64,000 nucleotides of DNA from an uncultured Gemmatimonadales bacterium (GTDB lineage Bacteria > Gemmatimonadota > Gemmatimonadetes > Gemmatimonadales > GWC2-71-9): NCBI GenBank assembly GCA_963828735.1, contig CAWHFW010000002.1:832001-896000 (forward strand). Reading direction: 5' to 3'. Under the pieces are notes generated by a model. That model was not told the DNA's origin and did not search any database. It worked only from the letters and a program-made list of their open reading frames with translations. The position numbers and the translations under genes are program-made. Positions 21,895-31,401 of the stretch are shown here, piece by piece (the first letter of the stretch is position 1; the number at the start of each line of letters is the position of its first letter).

Positions 21895-24309
21895 CTATTC
21901 GGACCGGAGAGCAACCGCCGGGTCGACGCGGGTCGCACGCCGGGCGGGTATGTAGCTGGCGACGACGCCGACCCCGACCAGCAGGGCCACGATTCCGGCG
22001 AAGACCGCGGGATCCGTGGCGCTCACCTCGTACAACAGCGCCCTCAGGACCCGGCTGAGCGCTGCCGCGCCGATCACGCCGACCACCACCCCGGCGCCCA
22101 CCAGCACCAGGCCGCGCCGCAGCACCCCCCGAAGCACGCGCGTCCGACTCGCGCCGAGCGCGAGCTGGATACCGAACTCGCGGGTCCGCTGCAGCACGGT
22201 GTAGGCGATGACGCCATACAGGCCGACGGCGGTGAGCACCAGCGCGACTACGGCGAAACCAGCCAGGAGCGTCGTGCTGAAGCGCCGCCGCGCCAGCGCG
22301 TCCCCGAGATAGCTCTCGAGCGGCCGCACGTCTGCCACAGCCAGGTCCGGGTCGAGCGCCTGCACCTCGCGCGGAAGTGCTGCCGCGAGCGGGCGAAGAT
22401 CGCCCTGGGCCCGCACCACCAGGTGCATGCCGCTCCAGGGGAACTGGGCCAGCGACCAGTAGATGGTGGGATTCGCGGCTGAGTCCACGCCGGCATGCTT
22501 CACGTCGCCCACCACCCCGACGATCGTGCCGACCAGTGTGTCGTTCCAGGGCATGAAGATCCGCTGGCCGATAGCGGACTGGCCGGGGAAGTAGTCGCGC
22601 ACGAAGCGCTCGTTCACGACGACTGCCTTGGGGTGGCGGGCGTCGTCGGCCGCGGCGATGCCACGCCCGGCTCGGAGGGCAATGCCCATGGCCCGGAAGT
22701 AGTTGGGATCCACCACGCTGATGTCCGCCGTCGGCTGTTCGGCATCGGTCGGGATGGGCCGCCCGCCGAACCAGAAGTCGGTCGCGGACCGGAGCCCGGA
22801 CAGCGGCAGCCAATTGATGGCGCCCGCGGCGCGCACGCCGGGGAGCGCGTCGAGGCGCGTGAGCAGCGCCTCGAAGAAGGCGGCCTGGCGCGCGGGCTCC
22901 GGATAGCGGGCCTCCGGGAGCGTCACGCGCCCGGTCAGCACCTGCTCGGGTTCGAATCCCAGGTCCACCCGCTGCAGCCGAGCGAAGCTCTTGAGCAGCA
23001 GGCCGGCACCCACGAGGAGCACGAGGGCGAGCGCGACCTGGCCCGTCACCAAGGCGGCGCGCGTGCGCCTCCCGCCTCCCGACACTCCGCGGCCCCCCTG
23101 TTTGAGCGCCTCATGCAGCTCGGGGCGCGCGGCCTGAAGGGCCGGGGCCGTTCCGAACAGCAGGCCCGCGACAACCGAGAGCAGCAGTGTGAAGCCGAGT
23201 GCGGGAAGGTCGACCGCGACTTCGCCCAGGCGCGGAACGGCCGTGGTCGCGCTCGCGACCAGCGCGTCGGTGAGCCACAGGGCGAGGAGCGCGCCGGCCA
23301 GGCCACCGGAGAGCGAGAGCAGCAGACTCTCGATGAGAAACTGCCGCATCATCCGTCCGCGTCCCGCGCCCAGTGCGGCGCGCACGGCGATCTCGCGGCG
23401 CCTGACCGTGGCCTGGGCCAGCTGCAGGTTGGCGACATTGGCGCAGGCAATGAGCAGCACCAGCCCGACGACGCCTGCCAACACCAGGAGCGGCCGCCGG
23501 AGGGAGCCCGTCACCTCATCGGTGAGCAGCGCGACGTTGGCGGACCACCCGCCGTTGAAGCCGGGATGCGCCGCTTCGAGGCGCCCCGCGATGGTGCGGA
23601 GGTCCGCTTGCGCCGCGGCAAGCGTCACGTGGGGCTTGAGGCGGGCCACGGTGGTGAGGTATCGGCCGGCCGTGGTGCGGTAGTCCTGCGCAGGATCGAG
23701 GGCGAGCGGAATCCACAGGTCAGGCAAGCGGGGTTGACCGGCGAGCCCCGCGCCCTCCGGCAGGACGCCCACGATGGTGTAGGGATGGTCATTCACCCGC
23801 ACCACCTGTCCGACCGCGTCCCGGGCGCCGCCGAATCGGCGCTGCCACAGGCCGTAGCTGATCACGGCCACGTTGGCGCCCGGTGCGTCCTCTTCGGCTG
23901 TATAGGTCCGGCCCAGAAGAGGCGTGAGACCGAGCACCCTGAACAGATCGGCGCTGGCGAGCTCAGCCGGCACTTCCGCCGGCTCGCCGTGCCCGGTGAG
24001 GTTGACGCCCTGATCGTAGATGGCCGCCGCCCCATCGAGGACACGACTTTGCGCGCGCCAGTCCAGGAAGTTCGCGGGTGAGACGGTGTTTCGGTCGGCG
24101 GCGTCGCCCTTGGCCGCCTCGAAGAGCATGACCAGCCGCTCGGGGGCCGGATACGGAAGCGGCCGCACCAGCACCGCATTGATCACCGTGAAGATGGCGG
24201 TGTTCGCACCGATGCCGAGCGCCAGGCAGGCGATCGCGGCGAGCGTGAAGGTGGGGCTCCGTCGCAGTTGCCGGAGCGCGTACCGCAGATCCCAGAACAG
24301 TGCGTCCAT
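21895..24309 (-). CDS. Duplicated MacB/FtsX ABC permease (ADOP-like), 804 aa
   Basis: [43 protein letters not shown]. Confidence 0.9.
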   Translation of the reverse strand: MDALFWDLRYALRQLRRSPTFTLAAIACLALGIGANTAIFTVINAVLVRPLPYPAPERLVMLFEAAKGDAADRNTVSPANFLDWRAQSRVLDGAAAIYDQGVNLTGHGEPAEVPAELASADLFRVLGLTPLLGRTYTAEEDAPGANVAVISYGLWQRRFGGARDAVGQVVRVNDHPYTIVGVLPEGAGLAGQPRLPDLWIPLALDPAQDYRTTAGRYLTTVARLKPHVTLAAAQADLRTIAGRLEAAHPGFNGGWSANVALLTDEVTGSLRRPLLVLAGVVGLVLLIACANVANLQLAQATVRRREIAVRAALGAGRGRMMRQFLIESLLLSLSGGLAGALLALWLTDALVASATTAVPRLGEVAVDLPALGFTLLLSVVAGLLFGTAPALQAARPELHEALKQGGRGVSGGGRRTRAALVTGQVALALVLLVGAGLLLKSFARLQRVDLGFEPEQVLTGRVTLPEARYPEPARQAAFFEALLTRLDALPGVRAAGAINWLPLSGLRSATDFWFGGRPIPTDAEQPTADISVVDPNYFRAMGIALRAGRGIAAADDARHPKAVVVNERFVRDYFPGQSAIGQRIFMPWNDTLVGTIVGVVGDVKHAGVDSAANPTIYWSLAQFPWSGMHLVVRAQGDLRPLAAALPREVQALDPDLAVADVRPLESYLGDALARRRFSTTLLAGFAVVALVLTAVGLYGVIAYTVLQRTREFGIQLALGASRTRVLRGVLRRGLVLVGAGVVVGVIGAAALSRVLRALLYEVSATDPAVFAGIVALLVGVGVVASYIPARRATRVDPAVALRSE

Positions 24310-24318
24310 CGCCGAATC

Positions 24319-25017
24319 TCAGCTCACGGCGGTGAGCTGCCGCTCCTCAACGACCTTGCCGTCGAACAGGTGGACCGAGCGCTCCGCGTGCCGGGCGTAA
24401 CGAGCGTCGTGGGTCACCATGCAGATGGTCGCGCCGCCCTGATGCAGCTCGCGGAGCAGTTCCATCACGGCCTCGCCGTTCGTGGAGTCCAGGTTGCCGG
24501 TCGGCTCGTCGGCGAGCAGAATGGCGGGGTCGCCCGCCACGGCGCGGGCAACGGCGACGCGTTGCTGCTGACCGCCCGAAAGCTGCGCGGGGAAATGCTT
24601 CATGCGGTGGGACATCCCGACGCGCTCGAGCGCCGCCTGGACGCGCTTCCGGCGCTCGTCGGCCGGCATGCCGCGGTAGGTGAGCGGGAGCTCGACGTTC
24701 TCGTAGACCGTGAGGTCGCCGATCAGGTTGAACGCCTGGAAGATGAATCCGATCTGCCGGTTGCGGACGCGGGCCCGATCCGATGCGGAGAGCCGCGAGA
24801 CCGGCTGCCCATCGAGCGTGTAGTTCCCTTCCGTGGGCGAATCGAGCAGCCCGAGGATCGAGAGCAGCGTCGTCTTCCCGCACCCAGACGGGCCGGCGAT
24901 CGCGACGTATTCGCCCTTGCGGATCTCGAGGTGGATGTCCGACAAGGCGTGCGTCTCCACCTCGTCGGTGTAGAACACCTTCTTGATCCCTTCCAGCGCA
25001 ATCAGCGACTCGCTCAT
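24319..25017 (-). CDS. ABC transporter ATP-binding protein, MacB/LolD type (ATPase 1 of 3)
   Basis: [31 protein letters not shown]; clearly paralogous to 16300-17016. Confidence 0.95.
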   Translation of the reverse strand: MSESLIALEGIKKVFYTDEVETHALSDIHLEIRKGEYVAIAGPSGCGKTTLLSILGLLDSPTEGNYTLDGQPVSRLSASDRARVRNRQIGFIFQAFNLIGDLTVYENVELPLTYRGMPADERRKRVQAALERVGMSHRMKHFPAQLSGGQQQRVAVARAVAGDPAILLADEPTGNLDSTNGEAVMELLRELHQGGATICMVTHDARYARHAERSVHLFDGKVVEERQLTAVS

Positions 25018-25061
25018 GGGTCGTCCTCTACAAATCGTGGACCTGCGTGGGACTGCCGTGT

Positions 25062-25132
25062 TGTCCTCTCGGGCGCAGCGAGGGATCCGACCCGAGAACA
25101 GCGCGCGCGAAACTCACCATCCCTCGCTCCGC
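25062..25132. repeat. Degenerate intergenic palindromic element (REP-like)
   Basis: GCGCAGCGAGGGAT (25073-25086) pairs with ATCCCTCGCTCCGC (25119-25132), 13/14 matches. Confidence 0.55.
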
Positions 25133-25142
25133 ACAAACGTCT

Positions 25143-26390
25143 TCATTCCACCCGCACCCGGTCCACGCCATCCCAGCGGGACATGTCGGAGATGATGACC
25201 TTCTCGCCCTGCTGCAGACCGCCGAGCACCTCGACCGTGTTGACCGAGGTCCGGCCCAGCCGCACCGTGGTGCGCAGGGCTTCCTTGCCATCCGGAGTCA
25301 GCTTGAAGAGGCCCACGGTGCTGCCGGCCTGGCCGAAAGCCGGCCGTCCGACGTGCAGCACGTTGTCCAGCCGCTCGATCTGAATGGTGCCGTCCACGGA
25401 GAGATCCGGCCGGGCGCCTCTCGGCAGCTCGCCTTCCAGCGATACGTCCACGGTCACGGTGCCATTCTGCACGGCGGGGTCGATACGGACGACTTTGCCT
25501 CGCGCGATGCCGTTCCGCGTGTCGATGGCAGCAGGCTGGCCGATGGTGACGTCCTTCGCCTGCGTCTCGGGAATGCGCAACACCGCCTTGAGCCGCCCGG
25601 GCTCCACGATCCGCGCGAGCGTGGCGCCGCTCTGGGCCCACTGCCCCACTTCGAGCGGCAGCTCCTGGAGAATGCCGTTGGCCCCCGCCATCACGACCAT
25701 CGAGTGGACGCGCCCGCGCTGGAACTGGTTCACGTCGCGGAGCCGGTCGACCTGCGCCTGCTGCAGGCTGAGCTGCGAGTCGGCCGCCTGCCGCATGACG
25801 TCGAGGCGCTCCTGCTCGACCTTGTACCGCGTGCCGAGCTCCTCCACCTGATCGCGGGTGCGGCTGGCTTCGTTCGCGGCGATGAGCTGCTTGGCGGCGA
25901 GCGATTCGGCCGCTTCGGCGTTGCGCTTGGCATCGAGGTAGGCGGCGCGCGCCCCGGCGACCTGGGCTTCCTGGGTGAGGCGCTGCGACGCCAGATCGGC
26001 GTGGAGATTCACCTGTTCCGCGCGCGACACCGTGAGCTGACGCTCCGACTCCAGCGCCTCGAGCTGGACGTCAGGGTTGCTCAGCTCGAGCAGCACGGTC
26101 TCCGGCTTTACTTCCTCACCGGCCTCTGCCAGGCGCCGCTCCACCCGCCCTGCCGTCACCGCGGAGATGTACCGGATGCGCTCGGGAACGAGCGTGCCCG
26201 GACCCCGCACCTCGATCACCAGCGGGCCGCGCTGGACGGAGTCGATCCAGACCGCGGCCCGGTCCACGCGCGGCGCCGCCGGCTTGAGGCCGTGCAGGCC
26301 GAGGGTGGCCAGCACGACCGCGAGGATGCCCAGTCCACCGTAGAGAATCTGTTTCCGGCCTCGTTTGGCCGGTGCCCGCGGTATGTCCAC
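25143..26390 (-). CDS. Periplasmic adaptor (HlyD/MacA-type membrane fusion protein)
   Basis: N-terminal basic stretch plus TM, lipoyl-like half motifs (GRVERRLAEAGEEV, ANGILQEL), long coiled hairpin, GLQQGEKVI. Confidence 0.9.
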   Translation of the reverse strand: MDIPRAPAKRGRKQILYGGLGILAVVLATLGLHGLKPAAPRVDRAAVWIDSVQRGPLVIEVRGPGTLVPERIRYISAVTAGRVERRLAEAGEEVKPETVLLELSNPDVQLEALESERQLTVSRAEQVNLHADLASQRLTQEAQVAGARAAYLDAKRNAEAAESLAAKQLIAANEASRTRDQVEELGTRYKVEQERLDVMRQAADSQLSLQQAQVDRLRDVNQFQRGRVHSMVVMAGANGILQELPLEVGQWAQSGATLARIVEPGRLKAVLRIPETQAKDVTIGQPAAIDTRNGIARGKVVRIDPAVQNGTVTVDVSLEGELPRGARPDLSVDGTIQIERLDNVLHVGRPAFGQAGSTVGLFKLTPDGKEALRTTVRLGRTSVNTVEVLGGLQQGEKVIISDMSRWDGVDRVRVE

Positions 26391-26450
26391 GCCTATTCCT
26401 TATTAAGAGCCGAGTCAGCAGGCCGCACGGCACGACCCGATGCCGCCACA

Positions 26451-26467
26451 AGGAAAGGAGCGTGCCA
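26451..26467 (-). promoter_or_regulatory. Possible sigma54 (-24/-12) promoter of the efflux array
   Basis: Minus strand TGGCACG-CTCC-TTTCC versus consensus TGGCACG-N4-TTGCW: perfect -24, imperfect -12; about 60 nt upstream of the adaptor gene. Confidence 0.45.
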
Positions 26468-26646
26468 CCCGGTGCCCTTCCCCATGCTTCAATGCGAGAA
26501 CGACTTGCGCGGGGGCTCATCGCGAGGCACACTCCCTCGGTGTGCGGATGCGGAACCCGCGAATCCCAATTTCGAACACCTCGTGTGTTCATGGGTGCAG
26601 GTCGCGACGTCTCCAACCCAACTCCGCCTCCCTCCATTCCAACGAG

Positions 26647-27783
26647 ATGCCGATGGTGATCCCCTCACCGAAGGACCTCCGTTGCCTGGCCCTGGCTGGC
26701 GGCGCACTCGTCGCCCTCGCGTGCGGCCACACCGACCCATTCAGCGTTCCTCCTTACGGTACCAACCAGCCCTTCGACCCTACGCCACCGGTTCGGCTCA
26801 CCCTGAACGTGGGAGCCGACCGTTCGCCGTCCTGGCTGCCGGATGGCTCGGGCATCGTCTACTCCACCCAGCAGCTCGGCCGGCCCGACGCGGACGTGTG
26901 CCTCGCCCAGCTGCCGGCGGGAGGTGGGACGCAGGTGCGCTTGGTCTGCGACCTGAGCCGGCTGGGCGCCGACACGAATAACGCCATCCAGACACCCGCG
27001 CCCTCGGCCGACGGCCGGCTGGCGTTCCTCAAGGCGAGCAGCTCGATCGGCGGCACCAATCCAAGCGCCGAGGCCCTGTCGGTCGCTCCGACGTTGGATG
27101 CGGCGAACGCCGCAGAGGTTCAACGGGTCCCTTTCTTCGTTCCGGGCGAGGCCCAGCAACACACCGGCGTCCAGGCGCTTCGCTGGCTGACACCGGATAG
27201 GCTGGTCTTCGTGGGCGGGCTCGCGATCGTGCGGCAGCTGTGCAAACAGTGCACGGTCGATACGGTCGTCACCGGCCTCAAGGTGGACCTGCTCGACCTG
27301 GCGCATCCCGGCAGCGCGCCGGTCGCGCTCCCGGGTACCGACTTCGCCTCGGGTGTCTCCAGCGGCGGCTCGAGCGACGAGGTCTACTTCACGTTGTCGG
27401 GAGACACGCGCGTCTATCGGCGAGTGATCTCCACCGGCGAAACTCATCTGGCGCACGACTTCGGCGCCGCCGGCGTCGCGCGCGATGTCCACGTCGCCGG
27501 CGGACGCCTCACCGCGATCGTCGGCGGCCGCGTGATTTTCTCGGTAGACCCGAGCCTCGGCCCGGTGCAGTGGGACACGGGCGGCGTGATCCACGTGGTC
27601 AGCCTCAGCTCCGACGAGGACGTGGTCCTGGATCCCGGGGCACGCCTCTTCCGGCGTCCGGCGCTCTCGCCCGACGGGAGTCACATCGTCGCGGAGGGTT
27701 ACGACCTCATCATCACCAACCCGGCGCATCCCGATACGGCCGTGTCGCCCAAGAGCGACCTCTTCCTCTTCACCACACCATGA
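26647..27783 (+). CDS. TolB/PD40-like beta-propeller lipoprotein
   Basis: Lipobox ALAC; blade motifs SPSWLPDGSGIVY, PAPSADGRLAF, RPALSPDGSHI. Start moved to ATG 26647 (or 26653). Confidence 0.7.
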   Translation: MPMVIPSPKDLRCLALAGGALVALACGHTDPFSVPPYGTNQPFDPTPPVRLTLNVGADRSPSWLPDGSGIVYSTQQLGRPDADVCLAQLPAGGGTQVRLVCDLSRLGADTNNAIQTPAPSADGRLAFLKASSSIGGTNPSAEALSVAPTLDAANAAEVQRVPFFVPGEAQQHTGVQALRWLTPDRLVFVGGLAIVRQLCKQCTVDTVVTGLKVDLLDLAHPGSAPVALPGTDFASGVSSGGSSDEVYFTLSGDTRVYRRVISTGETHLAHDFGAAGVARDVHVAGGRLTAIVGGRVIFSVDPSLGPVQWDTGGVIHVVSLSSDEDVVLDPGARLFRRPALSPDGSHIVAEGYDLIITNPAHPDTAVSPKSDLFLFTTP

Positions 27784-30572
27784 CCATGCCCAGGCGTGCG
27801 GGTTTCCTGGCCCTCGCGGGCTTCGTCGGGATGGCGATCGCGAGCAGGTTGGCCGCTCAGACCGAGGGCGCCATCGGCGGCCGCGTCCGGGAGTCCGGCA
27901 CCGATCGCTCGCTCGGGGGCGCGCAGGTGCTCGTCGACAGCGTGGTCGGGGCGGTGACGGATACCGGGGGCTCCTACCGCGTCCGGGCCGTGCGCACCGG
28001 CTGGCATCGGGTGGCCGCGAGGCTCATCGGGTATCGCGGCATCGTGCTCGACAGCGTGTTCGTGCGCGCGGGTGCCACCGTCACGGCCGACTTCGCCCTC
28101 GAAGCCAGCGCCGTCGAGCTGGAGCCGCTCGTCGTGACGGTTCCCGTGGACGAGCTGCTCGATCCGCTGGCCACGAGCAGCGAGCAGAAGATCACCGCGG
28201 CCGACCTGCACGACTTGCCCGTCAGCTCGCTCGACGAGGCGATCGCGCTGAGCGCGGGGAGCGTCGGACAGAGCTATCGGGGCGGACGCCTCGGCGAAGA
28301 GTCGTTCATTCTCGACGGCATGGGTGTGAAGAATCAGCTCGACGCCTCTAACGGCGGCCTCGGCCTGACCATTCCGCCCGACATGCTGGGAGAGGCGTCG
28401 CTGGTGACCAACGCCTTCTCGGCCCGGTACGGGCAGGCCCTGTCGGGGCTCGTGAACGTCGTCACGCGCGAGCCCGGCCAGTCGTGGCAAGGCCGCGCCG
28501 CCATCGAGACGGACCGTCCGTTCGGCGGCGGGCAGGACCACGGCCTCGATCGCCTGGTGCTCAGCGGCGCGGGGCCGCTGGTCGGGCGCATCGGCTTGGT
28601 GGGAGCGCTCGATATCGCCGGACGCCTGGACGACGATCCCGTGAACGCACCACCACCCACCAACCCGCTCGATCCCCGCACGGAGCAGCCCAACCTGCTG
28701 CCCCACAACAGCGGCGAGCAATGGAACGGCGCGGCGAAGCTGGTGATCCCGGTGTCGTCCGCCGCGGTCGTACGGCTCTTCGGCGCCCACTCGGAGAATC
28801 AGCGGCTCCTGTACGATCAGACCTTCAAGTACGCCCTCGACTTCGCGCCCGCGCAGCGGGTTCGCGGCGATCTGGCGAACGCGCAGGTGCAGCTCCGAAC
28901 GTCCGCGACCTCGAGCTTCCCCGTGGTCGTGGACCTGCGCGCGCAGCGGTTCGTCCGCGAATTCCTCCGCGGCCAGCTCGACGGCACCGTGGATTACAAG
29001 TTCGGCGCCATCACGGGCTCGCGGTTCCACGTGGTCGGCGAGGATCAGGCGCGCGAGCTCTCGTCGAGCCCCGATCCGGTCCCCGGCCTCGCGGAGCCCA
29101 GCCTCAGCGACGCCACGCCGTGGGGCGTGCCGGCGCTCTTCCTGGCCGGGGGCTCGCGCGGTGATCTCGGATGGAACCGGTTCGGTGAGACGCGCTTCCA
29201 GATGGACGCCACCTACGGCGGAATCCGAAGTGTCGACCTCTTCGTCGGCGGACAGTACATCGCCCAGCAGGTGCGCAGCTACCAGCGCGTCTTCGGCTAC
29301 CTCCCCGTGGGCGCTGGCGATACGGTGCCACCGGTGGCGGTCTCGGACTTCTCGCCTCGCAGCCTGTCGGGCTATGTCGAAGCGCAAACGCGCGTGGGGG
29401 ATCTGGGCGTCACGGCCGGCCTCCGGTACGATGAGTTCGACCCGAAGACCGAGGAGGTGACGCAAGCCCGCGGCGCGCAGAGCAGCCTGAGCCCGCGCTT
29501 CGCCGTCTCGACCGTCCTGAGCGGCGCCACCTTCGTCGCGAGCTACGGCAAGTTCACCCAGCCGCCCGATTACCAATTCCTAGTGGACGCGGCCTTCGAC
29601 GACACCACCCGCACGGGACGGTTTCGCCACGGGAACCCCGACCTCGGCTTCGAGAAGGCCACCCAGTACGAGTTCAGCCTGCGCGTTCGGCTGCGCGAGG
29701 CGATCTCGCTTCGGATGGGGGTCTACTACAAGCGACTGGACGGTCTGGTGGCCTCGGTGCCCCTGGGCGTCAACCCGGATTCGAGCATCTTCGGGAACGC
29801 CGACGCGGGGACGACCAAGGGCCTTGAGATCCTCGCGGAGCGGGAGCTGCGGAACGGCTTCGGATTCCGCCTGGCGTACACGTTCCAGAACGCGAAGGCC
29901 ACGTCCACCGACCCCTTCCTGCTGAACCGTCTGATCGTGGTGGATCCGCAGACCGGCGACACCAGCCGGCCGGCTCGCGCCGAATTTCCCCTGGACTTCG
30001 ACCAGCGACACACGCTCACCGTCATCGGACGCGGCAAGGCACCGGACCAGGCAGGCCCGCGGATCTTCGGCGTGCGGCCGATCGGGGGACTGGAGGGGGC
30101 GGTGATCGTCCGGGTGCTGTCGGGCCTGCCCTATTCACTCACCGACACGCTCAACACCGACTCGATCGTGGGCCTGCCGAATAGTCAGCGGCTGCCGTGG
30201 CAGTCGACGGTGGACCTGCTGGTGCGGCGGCCGGTGCGCCTGGGGAGAACGCTGGGCGGGATCTATCTCGACATGCGGAACCTGCTCAACCAGAGGAACG
30301 TCGTCGCGGTCCGGCGCGACACGGGCGAGCCGCAGCCCAACGACGCCGCGATCGCCCGTCTCGCCGAGGCGGGCTACGCGGCCCACCCCGAGACCATTCC
30401 GTACGAATCCTCGCGCTACCGCCGCAACGCCGACCTGAACGGCGACGGCATGATCGCCGGACGCGAGGAGCTGTTCCCAATGTACGTCTCGGCTGCGCGG
30501 GACTACTCGCAGCCGCTGTTCGCCTACGGACCGCCCAGGCTGGTGCGCCTGGGCGTCGAGCTGTTCTTCTAG
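27780..30572 (+). CDS. TonB-dependent receptor with N-terminal carboxypeptidase-regulatory-like domain
   Basis: Signal peptide, GAIGGRVRE...TDTGGSYRV, plug FSARYGQALSGLVNVVT, AGLRYD, SPRF, GNPDL, ends GVELFF; ATGA coupling at 27780. Confidence 0.9.
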   Translation: MTMPRRAGFLALAGFVGMAIASRLAAQTEGAIGGRVRESGTDRSLGGAQVLVDSVVGAVTDTGGSYRVRAVRTGWHRVAARLIGYRGIVLDSVFVRAGATVTADFALEASAVELEPLVVTVPVDELLDPLATSSEQKITAADLHDLPVSSLDEAIALSAGSVGQSYRGGRLGEESFILDGMGVKNQLDASNGGLGLTIPPDMLGEASLVTNAFSARYGQALSGLVNVVTREPGQSWQGRAAIETDRPFGGGQDHGLDRLVLSGAGPLVGRIGLVGALDIAGRLDDDPVNAPPPTNPLDPRTEQPNLLPHNSGEQWNGAAKLVIPVSSAAVVRLFGAHSENQRLLYDQTFKYALDFAPAQRVRGDLANAQVQLRTSATSSFPVVVDLRAQRFVREFLRGQLDGTVDYKFGAITGSRFHVVGEDQARELSSSPDPVPGLAEPSLSDATPWGVPALFLAGGSRGDLGWNRFGETRFQMDATYGGIRSVDLFVGGQYIAQQVRSYQRVFGYLPVGAGDTVPPVAVSDFSPRSLSGYVEAQTRVGDLGVTAGLRYDEFDPKTEEVTQARGAQSSLSPRFAVSTVLSGATFVASYGKFTQPPDYQFLVDAAFDDTTRTGRFRHGNPDLGFEKATQYEFSLRVRLREAISLRMGVYYKRLDGLVASVPLGVNPDSSIFGNADAGTTKGLEILAERELRNGFGFRLAYTFQNAKATSTDPFLLNRLIVVDPQTGDTSRPARAEFPLDFDQRHTLTVIGRGKAPDQAGPRIFGVRPIGGLEGAVIVRVLSGLPYSLTDTLNTDSIVGLPNSQRLPWQSTVDLLVRRPVRLGRTLGGIYLDMRNLLNQRNVVAVRRDTGEPQPNDAAIARLAEAGYAAHPETIPYESSRYRRNADLNGDGMIAGREELFPMYVSAARDYSQPLFAYGPPRLVRLGVELFF

Positions 30573-30579
30573 TCCGGCC

Positions 30580-31395
30580 TCACGCGGGCGGGGGCACCTC
30601 CCCCGGCGTCACGATGAACGGAGCGATGATCGCCTCGACATCCAACTGGGCGAGCGGCTCGTCGAAGGCCTCCGTAACCGCGTCCGCGTTGCCGAACGGC
30701 GTTACGTCCACGCCGAGCTGGATGGTGTTCTCCTCGCCAGTGTAGACGGCGGCCAATGCGCCGGTGGCCGAGTCGTTGCCCGTGATCCAGCCCTTGACAC
30801 CCGGCGACTGCGCGAGCCGTCGGATCGCCGCGGCGTGCCGCGCCTCGACCGAGTGGAGCCGAAGCACGGTCGTCACCACGGCGTCCTCGGCCTGTACCAC
30901 GGCCGCCTGCCCCTTGTAGGCCCTCACGCCGAGATCCTCGAATGCCTGCGCCACCGAGATGAAGGTCGTGGGGTTGGTGAACACGTCGTTGAAGGTGCCC
31001 CCGGCGGTGAAGTCGAACACCGGCTTGGTGATGGCCTTGTCCGGACCGCCGAGAATGGTCTGCAGGGTGGTGACGTGCGCGAGCTCCTGGTCGCGGATCT
31101 GCTCGAGGATCGTGAGCGCGTCGCCGACGTTCGCCGTAGGCAACCCGGTCACGTAGAACTCCGACTCCAGATATTCGAGGGTGAGCGCGAAGTTGAGCGC
31201 ATCGATGACTTCCTGGGGAATGTTGGCCTGCCCGAAGGCTCTCCTCGCCATCAGGCCGAAGGCCACCGGCATCGACGCCATTGCGACGATGCCCGCCCTC
31301 CTTCCGGTCTCGCGCAGCGCCTCGCGCCGGGAGACCACGCGGGTCACGAGCTCGGGATCGAGCCCGCCGAAAATCGTCTCGTCCGTCATGGTCAC
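30580..31395 (-). CDS. Ferritin-like (Ferritin_2/desiccation-associated) protein with Tat-like signal
   Basis: SRREAL, LNFALTLEYLESEFY, DQELAH, FEDLGVRAYKG, SVEARHAA. Confidence 0.85.
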   Translation of the reverse strand: MTMTDETIFGGLDPELVTRVVSRREALRETGRRAGIVAMASMPVAFGLMARRAFGQANIPQEVIDALNFALTLEYLESEFYVTGLPTANVGDALTILEQIRDQELAHVTTLQTILGGPDKAITKPVFDFTAGGTFNDVFTNPTTFISVAQAFEDLGVRAYKGQAAVVQAEDAVVTTVLRLHSVEARHAAAIRRLAQSPGVKGWITGNDSATGALAAVYTGEENTIQLGVDVTPFGNADAVTEAFDEPLAQLDVEAIIAPFIVTPGEVPPPA

Positions 31396-31401
31396 GGTCT
31401 C

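Noticed and set aside
19427..22813. 1128-aa minus-strand ORF spanning two permeases
   Set aside because: Off-frame, low-complexity translation; only its last 20 codons are noted as a possible bridging mini-ORF.
6499..24309. Permease array as a DNA tandem repeat, DGR target set or recombination cassette array
   Set aside because: Copies are diverged full genes; I saw no near-identical repeats, reverse transcriptase or recombinase.
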